NCBI GenBank assembly: GCA_013314855.1
Contig: JABUEW010000003.1
Coordinates: 1 to 63,122 of the forward strand
Origin: Bacillota bacterium
Lineage (GTDB): Bacteria > Bacillota > Clostridia > Acetivibrionales > DUMC01
DNA length: 63,122 bases
Direction of reading: 5' to 3'
Shown: in pieces, positions 39,140-47,966 of the stretch
Numbering within the stretch: position 1 is the first letter of the stretch
Layout: the number at the start of each line of letters is the position of its first letter
Translations under genes and position numbers: made by a program
Notes under the pieces: model-generated
The model's input: the letters and a program-made list of their open reading frames with translations, nothing else
The model's database searches: none
Told to the model about the DNA's origin: nothing

Positions 39140-40159
39140 GTGAAAAAAGCAGTATTTATGCTGAAACAGAACAACAAGGAACAAAGCAGAAAATTGATAG
39201 AAAGGGTATATACCCCTGAAAGCATAGGCAAAATAAGCAAATATGCCGAAATATACCCTGAAATTGTTGGCAAGGGAAACTTTGAGGAGCACAAGGAGTA
39301 TCTTAAGAATGTGGAGGTTGTATTTTCAACCTGGGGTATGCCAACGTTGTCGGAAAAAGAAATTGAAGAATACCTTCCCATGCTCAAAGTGGTGTTTTAT
39401 GCTGCAGGCAGTGTCCAGCGCTTTGCCCGTCCTTTCCTTAACAGGGGCATAACTGTAGTAAGCGCCTGGGCTGCAAATGCAGTGCCGGTTGCAGAGTATA
39501 CGCTATCACAAATCCTGCTGGCAAACAAAGGTTTTTTTCAGAATGCTGCTATAACAAAAAAAGATTATTGTTCAGCGAGAAAGTACTCGGAGATGTTTCC
39601 GGGCAATTATAACGTAAAGGTGGGAATACTGGGGGCAGGGATGATAGGGACAAAGGTTATAGAACTTTTAAAGCCTTTCAATATTGAGGTGCTGGTATAC
39701 GATCCCTTTCTTTCCGATGAGAGGGCAAACCAGCTGGGAGTAAAGAAATGCAGTCTGGCGGAGGTTTTTTCACAATGCCAGACGATATCAAACCACATAG
39801 CGAATCTTCCGGCTACGGTGGGATTGCTTAATAAGGAACATTTCAGCAAAATGCTTCCTAATGCTACATTTATAAATACAGGAAGGGGAGCGCAAGTAGT
39901 GGAAAAAGATTTAATAGATGCGCTGAAGGAAGTACCGACAAGAACAGCCGTGCTCGACGTGACCAATCCTGAGCCGTTGCCTTGCGACAGCGAGCTTCTT
40001 AAAATGGAGAACGTGATTTTGACATCCCATATAGCCGGCAGCATGGGCAAGGAAGTTGAAAGGATGGGATGCTACATGGCAGAAGAATTTTTGCGTTATA
40101 TTGAGGGTAAAGAGCTGAAGTATAATGTAACATTAAAAATGCTGGAAACAATGGCATAA
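39140..40159 (+). CDS. D-isomer-specific 2-hydroxyacid dehydrogenase family (glycerate/hydroxypyruvate-reductase-like)
   Basis: NAD-binding motif GILGAGMIGTKV, and catalytic-region motifs NTGRG...LDV...P...ILTSHIAG. Start placed at GTG 39140 after ggtggaggg. The ORF-track TTG 39077 is an alternative. Confidence 0.8.
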   Translation: MKKAVFMLKQNNKEQSRKLIERVYTPESIGKISKYAEIYPEIVGKGNFEEHKEYLKNVEVVFSTWGMPTLSEKEIEEYLPMLKVVFYAAGSVQRFARPFLNRGITVVSAWAANAVPVAEYTLSQILLANKGFFQNAAITKKDYCSARKYSEMFPGNYNVKVGILGAGMIGTKVIELLKPFNIEVLVYDPFLSDERANQLGVKKCSLAEVFSQCQTISNHIANLPATVGLLNKEHFSKMLPNATFINTGRGAQVVEKDLIDALKEVPTRTAVLDVTNPEPLPCDSELLKMENVILTSHIAGSMGKEVERMGCYMAEEFLRYIEGKELKYNVTLKMLETMA

Positions 40160-40195
40160 AATAAAAAGTGTTTCACATTATCCAAAGAAAAAACA

Positions 40196-40288
40196 ATAGT
40201 ACATATCGTTTGCGACAATGTCCCGATGCATCATGGAAAACAGGTGCAGGAATGGCTAAAAAGCCATCCTCGGTTTGTATTTCATTAA
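40196..40288 (+). pseudogene. IS630/Tc1-mariner-family transposase fragment (~30 codons)
   Basis: IVHIVCDNVPMHHGKQVQEWLKSHPRFVFH* matches the block around the second catalytic Asp of IS630-type DDE transposases. Confidence 0.5.
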
Positions 40289-40441
40289 ATTGAAATGGCA
40301 GCTACAGAAGCTGAAGGAATATCACCTGTGAATTACCAGATGGCAGCTATTGTTCTAGTTGCTTTGCCTATAGTATCAATATATCCGTTTGTTCAGAAGT
40401 ATTTTGTTAAAGGAATACTTGTGGGTTCAGTAAAGGGTTGA
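40289..40441 (+). pseudogene. 3' remnant of an LplC-like ABC permease gene
   Basis: ...NYQMAAIVLVALPIVSIYPFVQKYFVKGILVGSVKG* aligns with the C-termini of the three intact LplC-like genes. It directly abuts the IS630 fragment. Confidence 0.65.
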
Positions 40442-40671
40442 TTTCATATAAAGACTTGTAAAAGCAAGAACATTTATTATGTTATTCAGGAGGTGGTTTA
40501 ATGGCTAGAAATGCTTGAATATTATCAGGAAAAGCATTATAGTGGTATTAAAGAAGTCCTTAGATATTTTATAGGATATATATGTATTTTATAGGATATA
40601 TATGATTGTTCCTGTAGTTAGGATTTGGATTTATAAATCGAAGTATAAATTTATAAGTGGAGGTATACAAA

Positions 40672-42867
40672 ATGAGCTGGGATGCAAGGTTTGGGTTTTT
40701 CTGGTATAATGATGAGGAAATTTTTAAATTTAGCCAGGAGGATTTTGATAAAAAGGCTAAAAAATTTGCAGATGCTGGAATAAACATAGTTATTACTTTT
40801 AGCTGCACTCATTTCAGATGGACTATGCGTCCATATTGGGATAAGATTGGAAGATGCCTTGAACAAATAGTAAAAGCCTGCCACAAGTATAATATTAAAG
40901 TTGTAGAGCACCATAGTTCACATTTAACCTTCGATCCTTTAAACAGTGAAGACTGGGACTATATGGAGAGAGTTCTGAATAAAAGGCAAAGTAGTATTAA
41001 CTCATGGGAAGGTATACGGGATTACCTGGCTGAAGACCCCATAATAGATGGTGAACCTCTTTCATCATTCAGACAGATAGACGGTAGAACAGGAAAATGG
41101 GCCCGCTCAAGCTACCACGGCTATGCAATGTGTTTCAATAATCCTAATTACAGGAAAGCTTATTTTTCATATTTGGAGGATGTCTACAAGACCGGTATTG
41201 ACGGCATAATGACTGATGATGTCCAGTGGTTTGGCGATGGTAATGCATGTGCATGCCAATACTGTAGAAAGTTATTTAAGGAACAGACTGGATATGAGCT
41301 CCCACAACCTGGTGAGGCATGGTATAAATTCTATGGTGATTATGATAACCCTATTTATATAGCATGGGAGAAATTCAGAAGAAAATCCACAGCGGATTTT
41401 CAGTATGAGGTAAATAAACACTTTAAAAGTCTGGGACTTAATCTTTTAAGGCCTAACTACGTTTCTCATGCGCTAATGAGCAACCCTACAGGATACCCAT
41501 TTGATGCAGCAGCATCAATCTGGGACTATGTTTTCCAGGAAAACTGCTATTCAAGTATAATAAGGTACTCATGGCCTGCTTTTGCAATGGAAGCGGTACA
41601 CAGGTATGCTCTTGGAGAAAGGAATAATGTGCCTTCAATGTCAATGTTCTATCCCGACAGAGAGGATTCAATGTATTTTGCATGGGCACTTTCAAGAAGT
41701 TGGGGACAAATGTTCTTAGCTACACCAGAAGGTATGGACTTGAGTCATGCGGAAAAGAAATTCAGGGATTTTGAAAAAAAACATTTCTGTATACTTGATA
41801 ACCTAAAAAAACATGCTGATATAGCTTTCTATTTTTCTATAAAAACCCGGGATTATATAAAAGATTCTCAAAAAAATAATATGAGTGTACTCTATTCATG
41901 GATGCAAAGTGCATATTTCAAAAATCATTCTATAGATATAGTATTTGAATATGATGATATCAAAAAACTTATGGAGTATCCGGTAATTATTGTACCCAAT
42001 GTTTCAATGATGAGTAAAGAAGAGATAAATAACCTGAGAATTTTTGCAGAAGAGAGTGGAAAGCTTTTGATTATTGGAATTCCTGGCCTAAGGGATGAGA
42101 ACGGTATTAAAAGAGATATTGATGAAATCTTAAGTTTTCTTGGAATTTCTGGTGATATCTCACTATATAAACTTAATGAAGAGAGAATAGAGGATTGTGT
42201 TTATAAGTATAATGGTATTGAGTTAAATTTAAGTAACATTAAGTGCAACTATATAATTAATCGTGGGCAACAGACAAATGCTGTAATGACAACTTCAGAC
42301 GGCAGTACTATAGGAATTTGTAGTAAGGTAGGAAAGGGTGAAATAATGTGGCTTGTTAATTCTTTCGGGAATGAAAAGCATCAACCTGAAATACGTGCTG
42401 ACAGATGGTTTAAGCATGAGATAAGAGTGAATTCTCCGGAATATGTAGTAGATGAACTAAAAAGAATACCGGGTGAAATAATTGACAGTTTAGTTGAAAA
42501 TAAATTACTGAATATTATCGACTGTCCCGAAGGCTTAATAGCTACTTGTTTCATGGATGAAAACACTTCCAGATATATTATTCATCTTGTAAATACTGAA
42601 GGAACTCTACCTAAAGATTCTTGTGATGTAGGGCATAGTGATATAGTTCCAGCGTTTACAGGAAGCTCAGAGTATACAATAGCAAGAGATTTAATTATTG
42701 AATTGAGAAAAGACGCAAATACAAAAGTTGATTCTGTAAAGCTTTATACTCCTGAAAGGAATTACTTTAAGAAAATTGAGTTTACTTATGGAAATGGTAA
42801 AATACTAATTAATATCCCAGGCAAGTTCTTTAAAGGTTATGCAATTATCGAGATCAAGCTTGCATAG
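40672..42867 (+). CDS. GH42-like TIM-barrel protein with a putative trimerisation-like middle domain
   Basis: CFNNPNYRKAY...GIDGIMTDDVQWF...CACQYCRKLF parallels the GH42 block C.N.P.YR...DNEY...C.C..C..F. The downstream region (PVIIVPNVSMMSKEE...) resembles the GH42 middle domain. ATG 40672 follows the RBS gtggaggt. Confidence 0.45.
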   Translation: MSWDARFGFFWYNDEEIFKFSQEDFDKKAKKFADAGINIVITFSCTHFRWTMRPYWDKIGRCLEQIVKACHKYNIKVVEHHSSHLTFDPLNSEDWDYMERVLNKRQSSINSWEGIRDYLAEDPIIDGEPLSSFRQIDGRTGKWARSSYHGYAMCFNNPNYRKAYFSYLEDVYKTGIDGIMTDDVQWFGDGNACACQYCRKLFKEQTGYELPQPGEAWYKFYGDYDNPIYIAWEKFRRKSTADFQYEVNKHFKSLGLNLLRPNYVSHALMSNPTGYPFDAAASIWDYVFQENCYSSIIRYSWPAFAMEAVHRYALGERNNVPSMSMFYPDREDSMYFAWALSRSWGQMFLATPEGMDLSHAEKKFRDFEKKHFCILDNLKKHADIAFYFSIKTRDYIKDSQKNNMSVLYSWMQSAYFKNHSIDIVFEYDDIKKLMEYPVIIVPNVSMMSKEEINNLRIFAEESGKLLIIGIPGLRDENGIKRDIDEILSFLGISGDISLYKLNEERIEDCVYKYNGIELNLSNIKCNYIINRGQQTNAVMTTSDGSTIGICSKVGKGEIMWLVNSFGNEKHQPEIRADRWFKHEIRVNSPEYVVDELKRIPGEIIDSLVENKLLNIIDCPEGLIATCFMDENTSRYIIHLVNTEGTLPKDSCDVGHSDIVPAFTGSSEYTIARDLIIELRKDANTKVDSVKLYTPERNYFKKIEFTYGNGKILINIPGKFFKGYAIIEIKLA

Positions 42868-42933
42868 AACTGCCAATGAGGAAAAGAGTAATGAGATATA
42901 GGCTTTTAAATATTTGTACAGGGAGGTATAAAA

Positions 42934-43722
42934 ATGAAGGTATTGATAATGACAGACCTTGAAGGTATAAGTGGAGTAAATACTATGGAAATGGTTTCAG
43001 AAGAGGGAACACCTGGGCATAAGTTTGCACTTGAGCGTCTTATGTTTGATGTGAATGCAGCTGTAGATGGTGCTTTTGAAGGTGGTGCTGTTGCTGTTTA
43101 TATTAGAGATGGCCACGGTGGTGGAAAAAATTTTATTAAGGAAATGCTAGACCCGCGTGCAGTAGAGGTAGATAGTACAGGCTGGCAGGAGATAATAAAA
43201 AGTGGTGAAATCAATGCATTTATGTTAATAGGTGCGCATGCTATGGCAGGAACAATTAACGGTTTTTTGGATCATACGCAGAGTTCAAAAGCGTGGTATA
43301 ATTATATAGTTAATGGACGTAAATGCGGAGAAATAGCGCAAGGAGCTATATTTGTCGGAGCTTTTGATGTGCCTTTTGTCATGGTCAGCGGTGATCAGGC
43401 TGCCTGTGTTGAAGCTAGATCTTTCCTTGGTGATATTGAATGTGCAGTGGTTAAATATGGTATTGGAAGAAACTATGCTCGATTGGTTGAACTAGATGAT
43501 GCTCTTACAAGAATTAAGAAAGCTGCTAAAGATAGCCTAAAGCTTATAGGTAAAGTTAAACCATATAAACCTTTACTACCACTGGAAATTAAGCTTGAGT
43601 TATATCGTTCGGATATGTGTGATGAATTGATGAAAAAATACGATAATATTGAGCGTCTTGACGCTCGAACCGTACGAAAACTTGTATACAAAGTGGAGAA
43701 TTATAGAGATATTTTATTTTGA
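42934..43722 (+). CDS. Peptidase M55 (DppA-type D-aminopeptidase) family
   Basis: MKVLIMTDLEGISGV, RDGHGGG, GAHAMAGT...LDHT and FVMVSGDQAACVEA follow the B. subtilis DppA pattern. Confidence 0.75.
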   Translation: MKVLIMTDLEGISGVNTMEMVSEEGTPGHKFALERLMFDVNAAVDGAFEGGAVAVYIRDGHGGGKNFIKEMLDPRAVEVDSTGWQEIIKSGEINAFMLIGAHAMAGTINGFLDHTQSSKAWYNYIVNGRKCGEIAQGAIFVGAFDVPFVMVSGDQAACVEARSFLGDIECAVVKYGIGRNYARLVELDDALTRIKKAAKDSLKLIGKVKPYKPLLPLEIKLELYRSDMCDELMKKYDNIERLDARTVRKLVYKVENYRDILF

Positions 43723-43776
43723 AACTCATATTTCGTTAACATATAAGGAGTTGAGGTCAGACACCTTAACGATGAT

Positions 43777-43897
43777 GTTATGGTGACACTTGACTTAAAC
43801 GTATGGTTAAAATTTATGTAATATTATTATATAATTAGATAAAATTAACAATATAGGCACTATTAATAGGATAAAAATAAAATTTTTATGATTCAAC
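43777..43897. repeat. Copy C of the AT-rich dispersed repeat
   Basis: gacttaaacgtatggttaaaatttatgtaatattattatataattagataaaatta... is collinear with copy A (1-127). Confidence 0.6.
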
Positions 43898-43946
43898 AGG
43901 AAGAATAACTTGTTTGAGCCGATATTGCTAACGCCGGATGAATTGA

Positions 43947-44144
43947 TGGGGAGGGATAATTATAGCGTATAGAGATCCGATTGTTGAAGAAGTCTGGAAG
44001 TCAAGAGAGCAGTTGTTGGAACAGCATGGCGGTCTGGAAGGATTTCTTGAGTATATCAAGAAGCAGGAGCAGGAACACCCGGAGAGACTGGTTGACCCAA
44101 AGCAGGTTAAGAACGTAAAGGACAATAATAGAATTGCATTGTGA
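43947..44144 (+). pseudogene. Small ORF without a canonical start (antitoxin-like/hypothetical remnant)
   Basis: Open frame WGGIIIAYRDPIVEEVWKSREQLLEQHGGLEGFLEYIKKQEQEHPERLVDPKQV... opens directly after a TGA. A strong ggggaggg lies at its 5' end but there is no ATG/GTG/TTG. Confidence 0.25.
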
Positions 44145-44715
44145 TGAATGGAGGGCAGGACAGTAGTTAAACCGTCCTGTTCGCTCGAATATTATGACGA
44201 TACGACGAGAGGTTGAGCAACTTCACATATTACATCCGATAACTTATTGCTATTATTCTTCCACACGAATTTGGAGTCGGGGAACAATTCCCGCATAGAA
44301 TTCTCCATTACTTTTTCCTGTTAGTATTTGGCTTATGAAGGCTCTTATTTTTCCTGGGTTTTTTCTTTTTTACTCACGTATGTGCGATAAAGATCTCATC
44401 AAAAACGAAAATGCAATCGTATCCGTGGTTATTCCAAAAGAGCAGGTGCAGGCGGTGCAAAGTGATCGCTTTATGGAATGCACTTTCAATGGTTCGTTAC
44501 CTTTGTCCAAAGTATGATTCCATTATACATTTTCAGTGTAAGTTTTCAAACCTTTTTGGTTCTAGCTATGCCAGTTTAGAATATAGTATGATGCAGTAAA
44601 AAATCAGAACAAATAGCAAGTATACCTCCTTTAAATGTGAATTTGACTATTCTATAATTATTTTAGGTGTAAGTGTGCATTTCAAAATTAGGTTAATTGT
44701 GAAGTTATAAATAGA

Positions 44716-44744
44716 TTGACAAAATTGCAAACGTTTGATACTAT
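44716..44744 (+). promoter_or_regulatory. Candidate promoter with an embedded palindromic operator
   Basis: TTGACA (44716-44721), 17-nt spacer containing the palindrome caaacgtttg, then tactat. TATAAT follows at 44745-44750. Confidence 0.4.
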
Positions 44745-44792
44745 TATAATAACGCTAGAATAAAAAAGGTTATTTAAATCTATATGTATCAC

Positions 44793-44806
44793 CGTAAACG
44801 TTTAAG
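44793..44806. promoter_or_regulatory. LacI/CcpA-type operator-like palindrome
   Basis: cgtaaacgtttaag contains the perfect palindrome taaacgttta. It lies ~30 nt upstream of the iolG-like fragment. Confidence 0.35.
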
Positions 44807-44834
44807 CCATAAATGGTATATTAAGGGGGATTAT

Positions 44835-44954
44835 ATGAATATCAAAGACGATGAAAAGTGTTACATTAATCATGAAAAGATATTAAAACTTGGGTTGATT
44901 GGAGCCGGGCGCATTGGAAAACTCCATGCCGAGAATATAATATCGAGTAATTGA
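44835..44954 (+). pseudogene. N-terminal 39-codon fragment of a Gfo/Idh/MocA (IolG-like) dehydrogenase
   Basis: RBS aaggggg + ATG. MNIKDDEKCYINHEKILKLGLIGAGRIGKLHAENIISSN* is a Rossmann N-terminus followed by a stop, with nothing further downstream. Confidence 0.6.
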
Positions 44955-44996
44955 AGTAATGAATAAATAAAAATCAAAAAATGGCGGAGGGAAAAA

Positions 44997-46049
44997 ATGG
45001 GAAGAATAAGAATAAAAAGCCCGTATTTTGGAGAAGGCAAATGGGTGAAAGCGAACCTTCATGTTCATCCGACGCCTGTTTCGGAAGATACCGGGTATTT
45101 TGGTGATAGGATTATTATAGAATATATAAAGGCAGGATATGATGTTGTTTCGTTGACCGGATGGGGGAATGTGTATTTGTGTAGCAATTCCGGGGATGAA
45201 AAAAACGGCATGCAGAATATTGTACTGGTTCCCGGGTTTGAAAAAAAAGCTGATATGCCAATGGTTGTATTAAATTCAATGAAAACCGGCGTTGACAGAT
45301 TTGATCATGAAGAAAATGAAAAAGAAAATGAAACCAATAATAAAGAGCATGAAGCGGATAATAGCGGAAAAGATAGTAACAGGGGAAAAGATATACAAAA
45401 AGCGCAGGAGTTTATTGATAGTCAAAATAAGGCCGGAGGGCTTGTTTTTTTTGTACAGCCGATGGAATTAAGCGGGTTGCAAGAAAAATTGGAATATCTT
45501 AAAAATCTTGATGGTTATGTGGGGATAGAAATCCTAAACGGGAATATTGCTTTTGGGAACGGCTCTAAAATAGATAAAGAACAGGGCAAAAAATTTAGAG
45601 AATATTGTTCTTCCGGTATTGAAATTGCTCTCTGGGACAGTTTGCTTGATAGTGGAAAAAAGATCTGGGGATTTGGGAATGATGGACTGCAAAAATGGGG
45701 AGAATTCAATTCGGTGTTTAACCTGGTGAAATTGCGTGGAGGCCGTTCAATATCTCCCGGAGGGGTTATAAACGCCCTGACGAAAGGGAGTTTTGCCGTG
45801 TCTACAGGGGTCAGAATCAAGGATATTGCGGTAGATGAAGATAAAAACACTATAAGCCTGATGGTGGACAATAAATTTGAAAATAAAACGTACATTGCAT
45901 ACGGAAAAGAAAGAAGAATACTGAAAATGTGCTGCACAAAAGAAGATGTTTTCTCTTACAGTCCTGAAGGTAATGAAGGATATGTAAGAATGCAGGTAAT
46001 TTATGAAAGCGGCAAAACACTTCTAACCCAGCCTTTTTTCATTGAATGA
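44997..46049 (+). CDS. PHP-fold-like protein, type A (second copy)
   Basis: Collinear with 37083-38087 (MGRIRIKSPYFGEGKWVKANLHVHP...; identical C-terminus YVRMQVIYESGKTLLTQPFFIE). It has the same missing His ligands, plus an inserted E/N/K-rich segment. Confidence 0.6.
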   Translation: MGRIRIKSPYFGEGKWVKANLHVHPTPVSEDTGYFGDRIIIEYIKAGYDVVSLTGWGNVYLCSNSGDEKNGMQNIVLVPGFEKKADMPMVVLNSMKTGVDRFDHEENEKENETNNKEHEADNSGKDSNRGKDIQKAQEFIDSQNKAGGLVFFVQPMELSGLQEKLEYLKNLDGYVGIEILNGNIAFGNGSKIDKEQGKKFREYCSSGIEIALWDSLLDSGKKIWGFGNDGLQKWGEFNSVFNLVKLRGGRSISPGGVINALTKGSFAVSTGVRIKDIAVDEDKNTISLMVDNKFENKTYIAYGKERRILKMCCTKEDVFSYSPEGNEGYVRMQVIYESGKTLLTQPFFIE

Positions 46050-46099
46050 GATTTAGATTTAGTAGTGAGATTTAATAAGCTTTCAAGGGGGTTTAAGGA

Positions 46100-46960
46100 T
46101 TGAACAGTTGCAACGGGAAAAAGATTGGCATTAGCTTTGGCAACAGGGTAAGTATTGAGGAACTGCCCGGAGCTCTCAAACTTGCGGCAAAATACGATAT
46201 TGATTGCATTGAATTGACACCGGAGTTGGGACCTGTATTGATAGGAGGTTCATTAAACTTGAAGGTGTTGAAAACCATAAAATCCATACTTTCCGATTTC
46301 CCATTCGGTTATACTGTCCATTGCCCGGGCATGCAGAATATGAGGGATTTAAACAACCTGGAAATGCAGCATGATATATTCAGAGCAGGGCTTGATTTTA
46401 CAAAGGAAATAGGAGGTATGGTATATGTAGCACATTTTTCCCAAAAATCGGAAGATGAGAGCGTAGAAAAGGTATTCGAAGAAGGCATGGCTAAAATGGC
46501 GGATTATGCAGGGAAAGTGGGCGTTGTAATAGGTGTTGAAAACATAGAAATAGAGCGTGTAGAGCCTGTCTTGAGTCTTATCAGGAGAATTAACCACAAG
46601 AATTTGCAAATGACCTTTGATTTTGCACACTCTTTTCTGGCTTCAAAGTACTATGGTTACGATTTCATGGAATCCGTAAAGCAGGCAAAGCCGTATATAA
46701 AACACGTGCATATTCATGATAATATCGGGTTGTATGATCCTGACAGGCTTGTAAACAAGCAGCGTTCATTGAAGGAAAGGCTGACAGTAGGGAGAGGCGA
46801 CCTGCATCTTCCCATAGGATGGGGTTTAATACCTTATGATAAAGTGTTTGATGTGCTGAAAGATAGTTATAACGGAGTTTACATGCTGGAAAATGATGTT
46901 GGACAGAATGAAATGTTTATAGAAGATACGCTGAAAACTTTAAAAGAGTTGATATATTGA
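46100..46960 (+). CDS. Sugar phosphate isomerase/epimerase-like TIM-barrel protein
   Basis: ...YVAHF..., GVENIE, FDFAHSF, HVHIHDN and YMLEN follow the AP_endonuc_2 metal-ligand pattern. TTG start after aaggggg. Confidence 0.7.
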   Translation: MNSCNGKKIGISFGNRVSIEELPGALKLAAKYDIDCIELTPELGPVLIGGSLNLKVLKTIKSILSDFPFGYTVHCPGMQNMRDLNNLEMQHDIFRAGLDFTKEIGGMVYVAHFSQKSEDESVEKVFEEGMAKMADYAGKVGVVIGVENIEIERVEPVLSLIRRINHKNLQMTFDFAHSFLASKYYGYDFMESVKQAKPYIKHVHIHDNIGLYDPDRLVNKQRSLKERLTVGRGDLHLPIGWGLIPYDKVFDVLKDSYNGVYMLENDVGQNEMFIEDTLKTLKELIY

Positions 46961-47039
46961 GATTAAACAGCAGGCGAGCGAGGGGAGACATTAAAACAAT
47001 GAAACTTGCCGTAAAAAAGTGTGAGAAGAGGTGGCTTAA

Positions 47040-47951
47040 ATGAGTATTATTGCTATTGACAATCCGTATATTGAAAAAGGCCAATGGTATAAGGGGTCGT
47101 TCCATAACCACAGCGAGATTTTCAGCGTCGGGGAGTGTATATGCTCCATGATTGAGGCAGGGTGCGATTTTCTTACAATGTCCGAGCATGACCAAAATAA
47201 GCCGGAGTGTATGGATTTTGCGGATAAAGTAGTTGTAATACCGGGTTTTGAACAAAGCACGGGGCCGAATCCCCATGTTGTTGTCGCAAATACATGGCAC
47301 AAAGGAAGAAGGTATACCGTAACGAAGAAAGACTATCAAGATTTCATAAATGAACTGAATAGTGAGAATGCCATTATAATAATGGCGCATCCTCACTGGC
47401 AAAGAGAGGATTACTGGCCTGAAGGCTATCTCGAGGAATTATACGGTTATACCGGTGTGGAAATACTTAATTCGTCAATAATATTTGACAAGGCCCATAT
47501 TGACGGTGAGTATGATTATTGGGATATTGCCGTCGATGTATGGGATAAATTGCTAAGCAGCGGAAAAGTTGTATGGGGATTCGGGAATGACGATTTTCAT
47601 CACAGAAAAGAATTTAATAAAAGTTATAATATTGTCAAGGCGGAAAGGCTGAGCAGGGAAAGTATAGTTGAATCGGTAAAAAGAGGGAGTTTTGTTGTTT
47701 CAACCGGCGCATGCATTGAAGATATATTTGTTGATGACAATGAAATAAATATACTGCTTAAAAGCAGCATACAGGAGAGAAAAATATATTCGGCCATTGG
47801 AAAGAATGGGAGGCTGCTGAAAAAAGCGTTTACAACGGAAAACCGCTTTAGTTACAGGCCGGATGGAACTGAAAGCTATGTGCGGCTGCACGTGCTTTTT
47901 GAAAGCGGGAAAGCCCTGTTTACACAGCCGTTTTTTATAAGGAGTTGTTAA
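47040..47951 (+). CDS. PHP-fold metal-dependent phosphoesterase-like protein, type B (second copy)
   Basis: About three-quarters identical by eye to 38118-39032. FHNHS, MSEHD, PGFEQS, MAHPHW and GNDDFH are all retained. Confidence 0.65.
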   Translation: MSIIAIDNPYIEKGQWYKGSFHNHSEIFSVGECICSMIEAGCDFLTMSEHDQNKPECMDFADKVVVIPGFEQSTGPNPHVVVANTWHKGRRYTVTKKDYQDFINELNSENAIIIMAHPHWQREDYWPEGYLEELYGYTGVEILNSSIIFDKAHIDGEYDYWDIAVDVWDKLLSSGKVVWGFGNDDFHHRKEFNKSYNIVKAERLSRESIVESVKRGSFVVSTGACIEDIFVDDNEINILLKSSIQERKIYSAIGKNGRLLKKAFTTENRFSYRPDGTESYVRLHVLFESGKALFTQPFFIRSC

Positions 47952-47966
47952 AGGAGGGTGCTGGTT

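Noticed and set aside
40566-40604. Tandem direct repeat attttataggatatatatg x2 (period 20), checked as a possible CRISPR or iteron array.
   Set aside because: There are only two adjacent units with no spacers and no cas genes. It is most likely a local duplication in AT-rich promoter DNA.
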